A stretch of 63,700 nt of DNA, filler included, from Globobulimina sp. (Eukaryota): the NCBI GenBank assembly GCA_003354225.1. It is 40 parts of 40 records of this genome, joined end to end, with 100 filler letters (N's around TTAATTAATTAA, not from the genome) between each part and the next. Parts side by side here need not be neighbours in the genome. Positions count along the whole stretch, not along the records: positions 62,207 to 63,700 come from PIVH01015797.1; 39 more parts are not named here. One strand, given 5' to 3'. Under the pieces are notes generated by a model. That model was not told the DNA's origin, made no database searches, and saw only the letters and a list, made by a program, of their open reading frames with translations. Positions 63,127 through 63,700 of this stretch are shown here, one piece after another. The position numbers were made by a program, and so were the translations under genes. Every line of letters begins with the position of its first letter. Position 1 is the first letter of the stretch.

Positions 63127-63203
63127 TGGGATCGCTTCAGGATTTGAACCTGAATCTTCTGGATATATCCATCCATTCCAGTGCTCTTCTTGAGCTAAGC
63201 GAT
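63127..63203 (-). ncRNA. tRNA-like cloverleaf element, copy 2 (inverted)
   Basis: Reverse complement of copy 1, with one difference in the 13-nt loop. Confidence 0.6.
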
Positions 63204-63700
63204 GCTAATATGAACAGAGTTATTGTTTCTTAATATTACGATGAGACACAGCAATAGCGACGATTGGTGAGGTTAATAATACAAAAATAAACTTATGGGT
63301 GCTCTCTATAGTGTATATTTAGGAGTTGAATTTCGCTTATTTTAAAGACCGTAAATTCAGTAAAGAAGACGTTAAAAATGGTAAGTTGACACAACGCGAC
63401 CATAAAAGACAGCGAACAACAGTGGGAAACAATGGAATGGTGTATTGTTGTATTTGTTTTTCTCATTTTGCAATTTCTTTTGCATCACAAATACATTAGC
63501 ACGAATAAAGCGTTTATATCCTGTATGGAAATGTAACAACGCAACCGCAATAATAATAATAACATGACGATTAGATGCTGATATAATAACATGTATAATT
63601 AAAGCCAATGATTGCGTGTATATTTGCAATGGTTTACCTTATCAATAAATGGTGATTGTGAAGTGAGTAATGTGATTATTATCCCATTCATCATGCTTTG

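Noticed and set aside
62602-63233. Short ORFs overlapping the tRNA-like inverted repeat
   Set aside because: They are better explained by the structured repeat, and no protein family is recognisable.

Overview
This window is not contiguous genome. It is 40 unrelated contigs of about 1,494-1,496 bp in decreasing length order, joined by 39 artificial N44-TTAATTAATTAA-N44 spacers (stops in all six frames), so adjacency across spacers means nothing. Most contigs come from an AT-rich eukaryote using the standard genetic code, with short GT-AG introns. The repertoire (Kelch propeller, PT-repeat membrane protein, sulfotransferases, 7TM protein) suggests a protist, possibly a foraminiferan, but that is inference. 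Recognisable, mostly truncated genes: Calx-beta protein, lactonase, gamma-glutamyl hydrolase, cystatin-Kazal inhibitor, NADPH oxidase, AlkB-like dioxygenase, cathepsin L-like protease, SDR, thioesterase, WNK kinase, NFX1, 5'-nucleotidase, Oxa1, alkaline phosphatase and DNA-PKcs. Also present are a DIRS/Ngaro-type RT, a LINE fragment and two MITE-like elements. Two contigs join bacterial DNA (a Bacteroidota T9SS C-terminal domain; a YidC fragment) to eukaryotic DNA and are probably chimeras. The best candidate for new biology is a single ORF fusing a p22phox-like 4-TM domain to a NOX catalytic core. Other leads are an inverted pair of non-canonical tRNA-like cloverleaves, a TGA-CAA-CCA readthrough-like junction in the LINE, and a palindromic motif confined to the introns of one gene. 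All calls come from reading the sequence; no searches were run.
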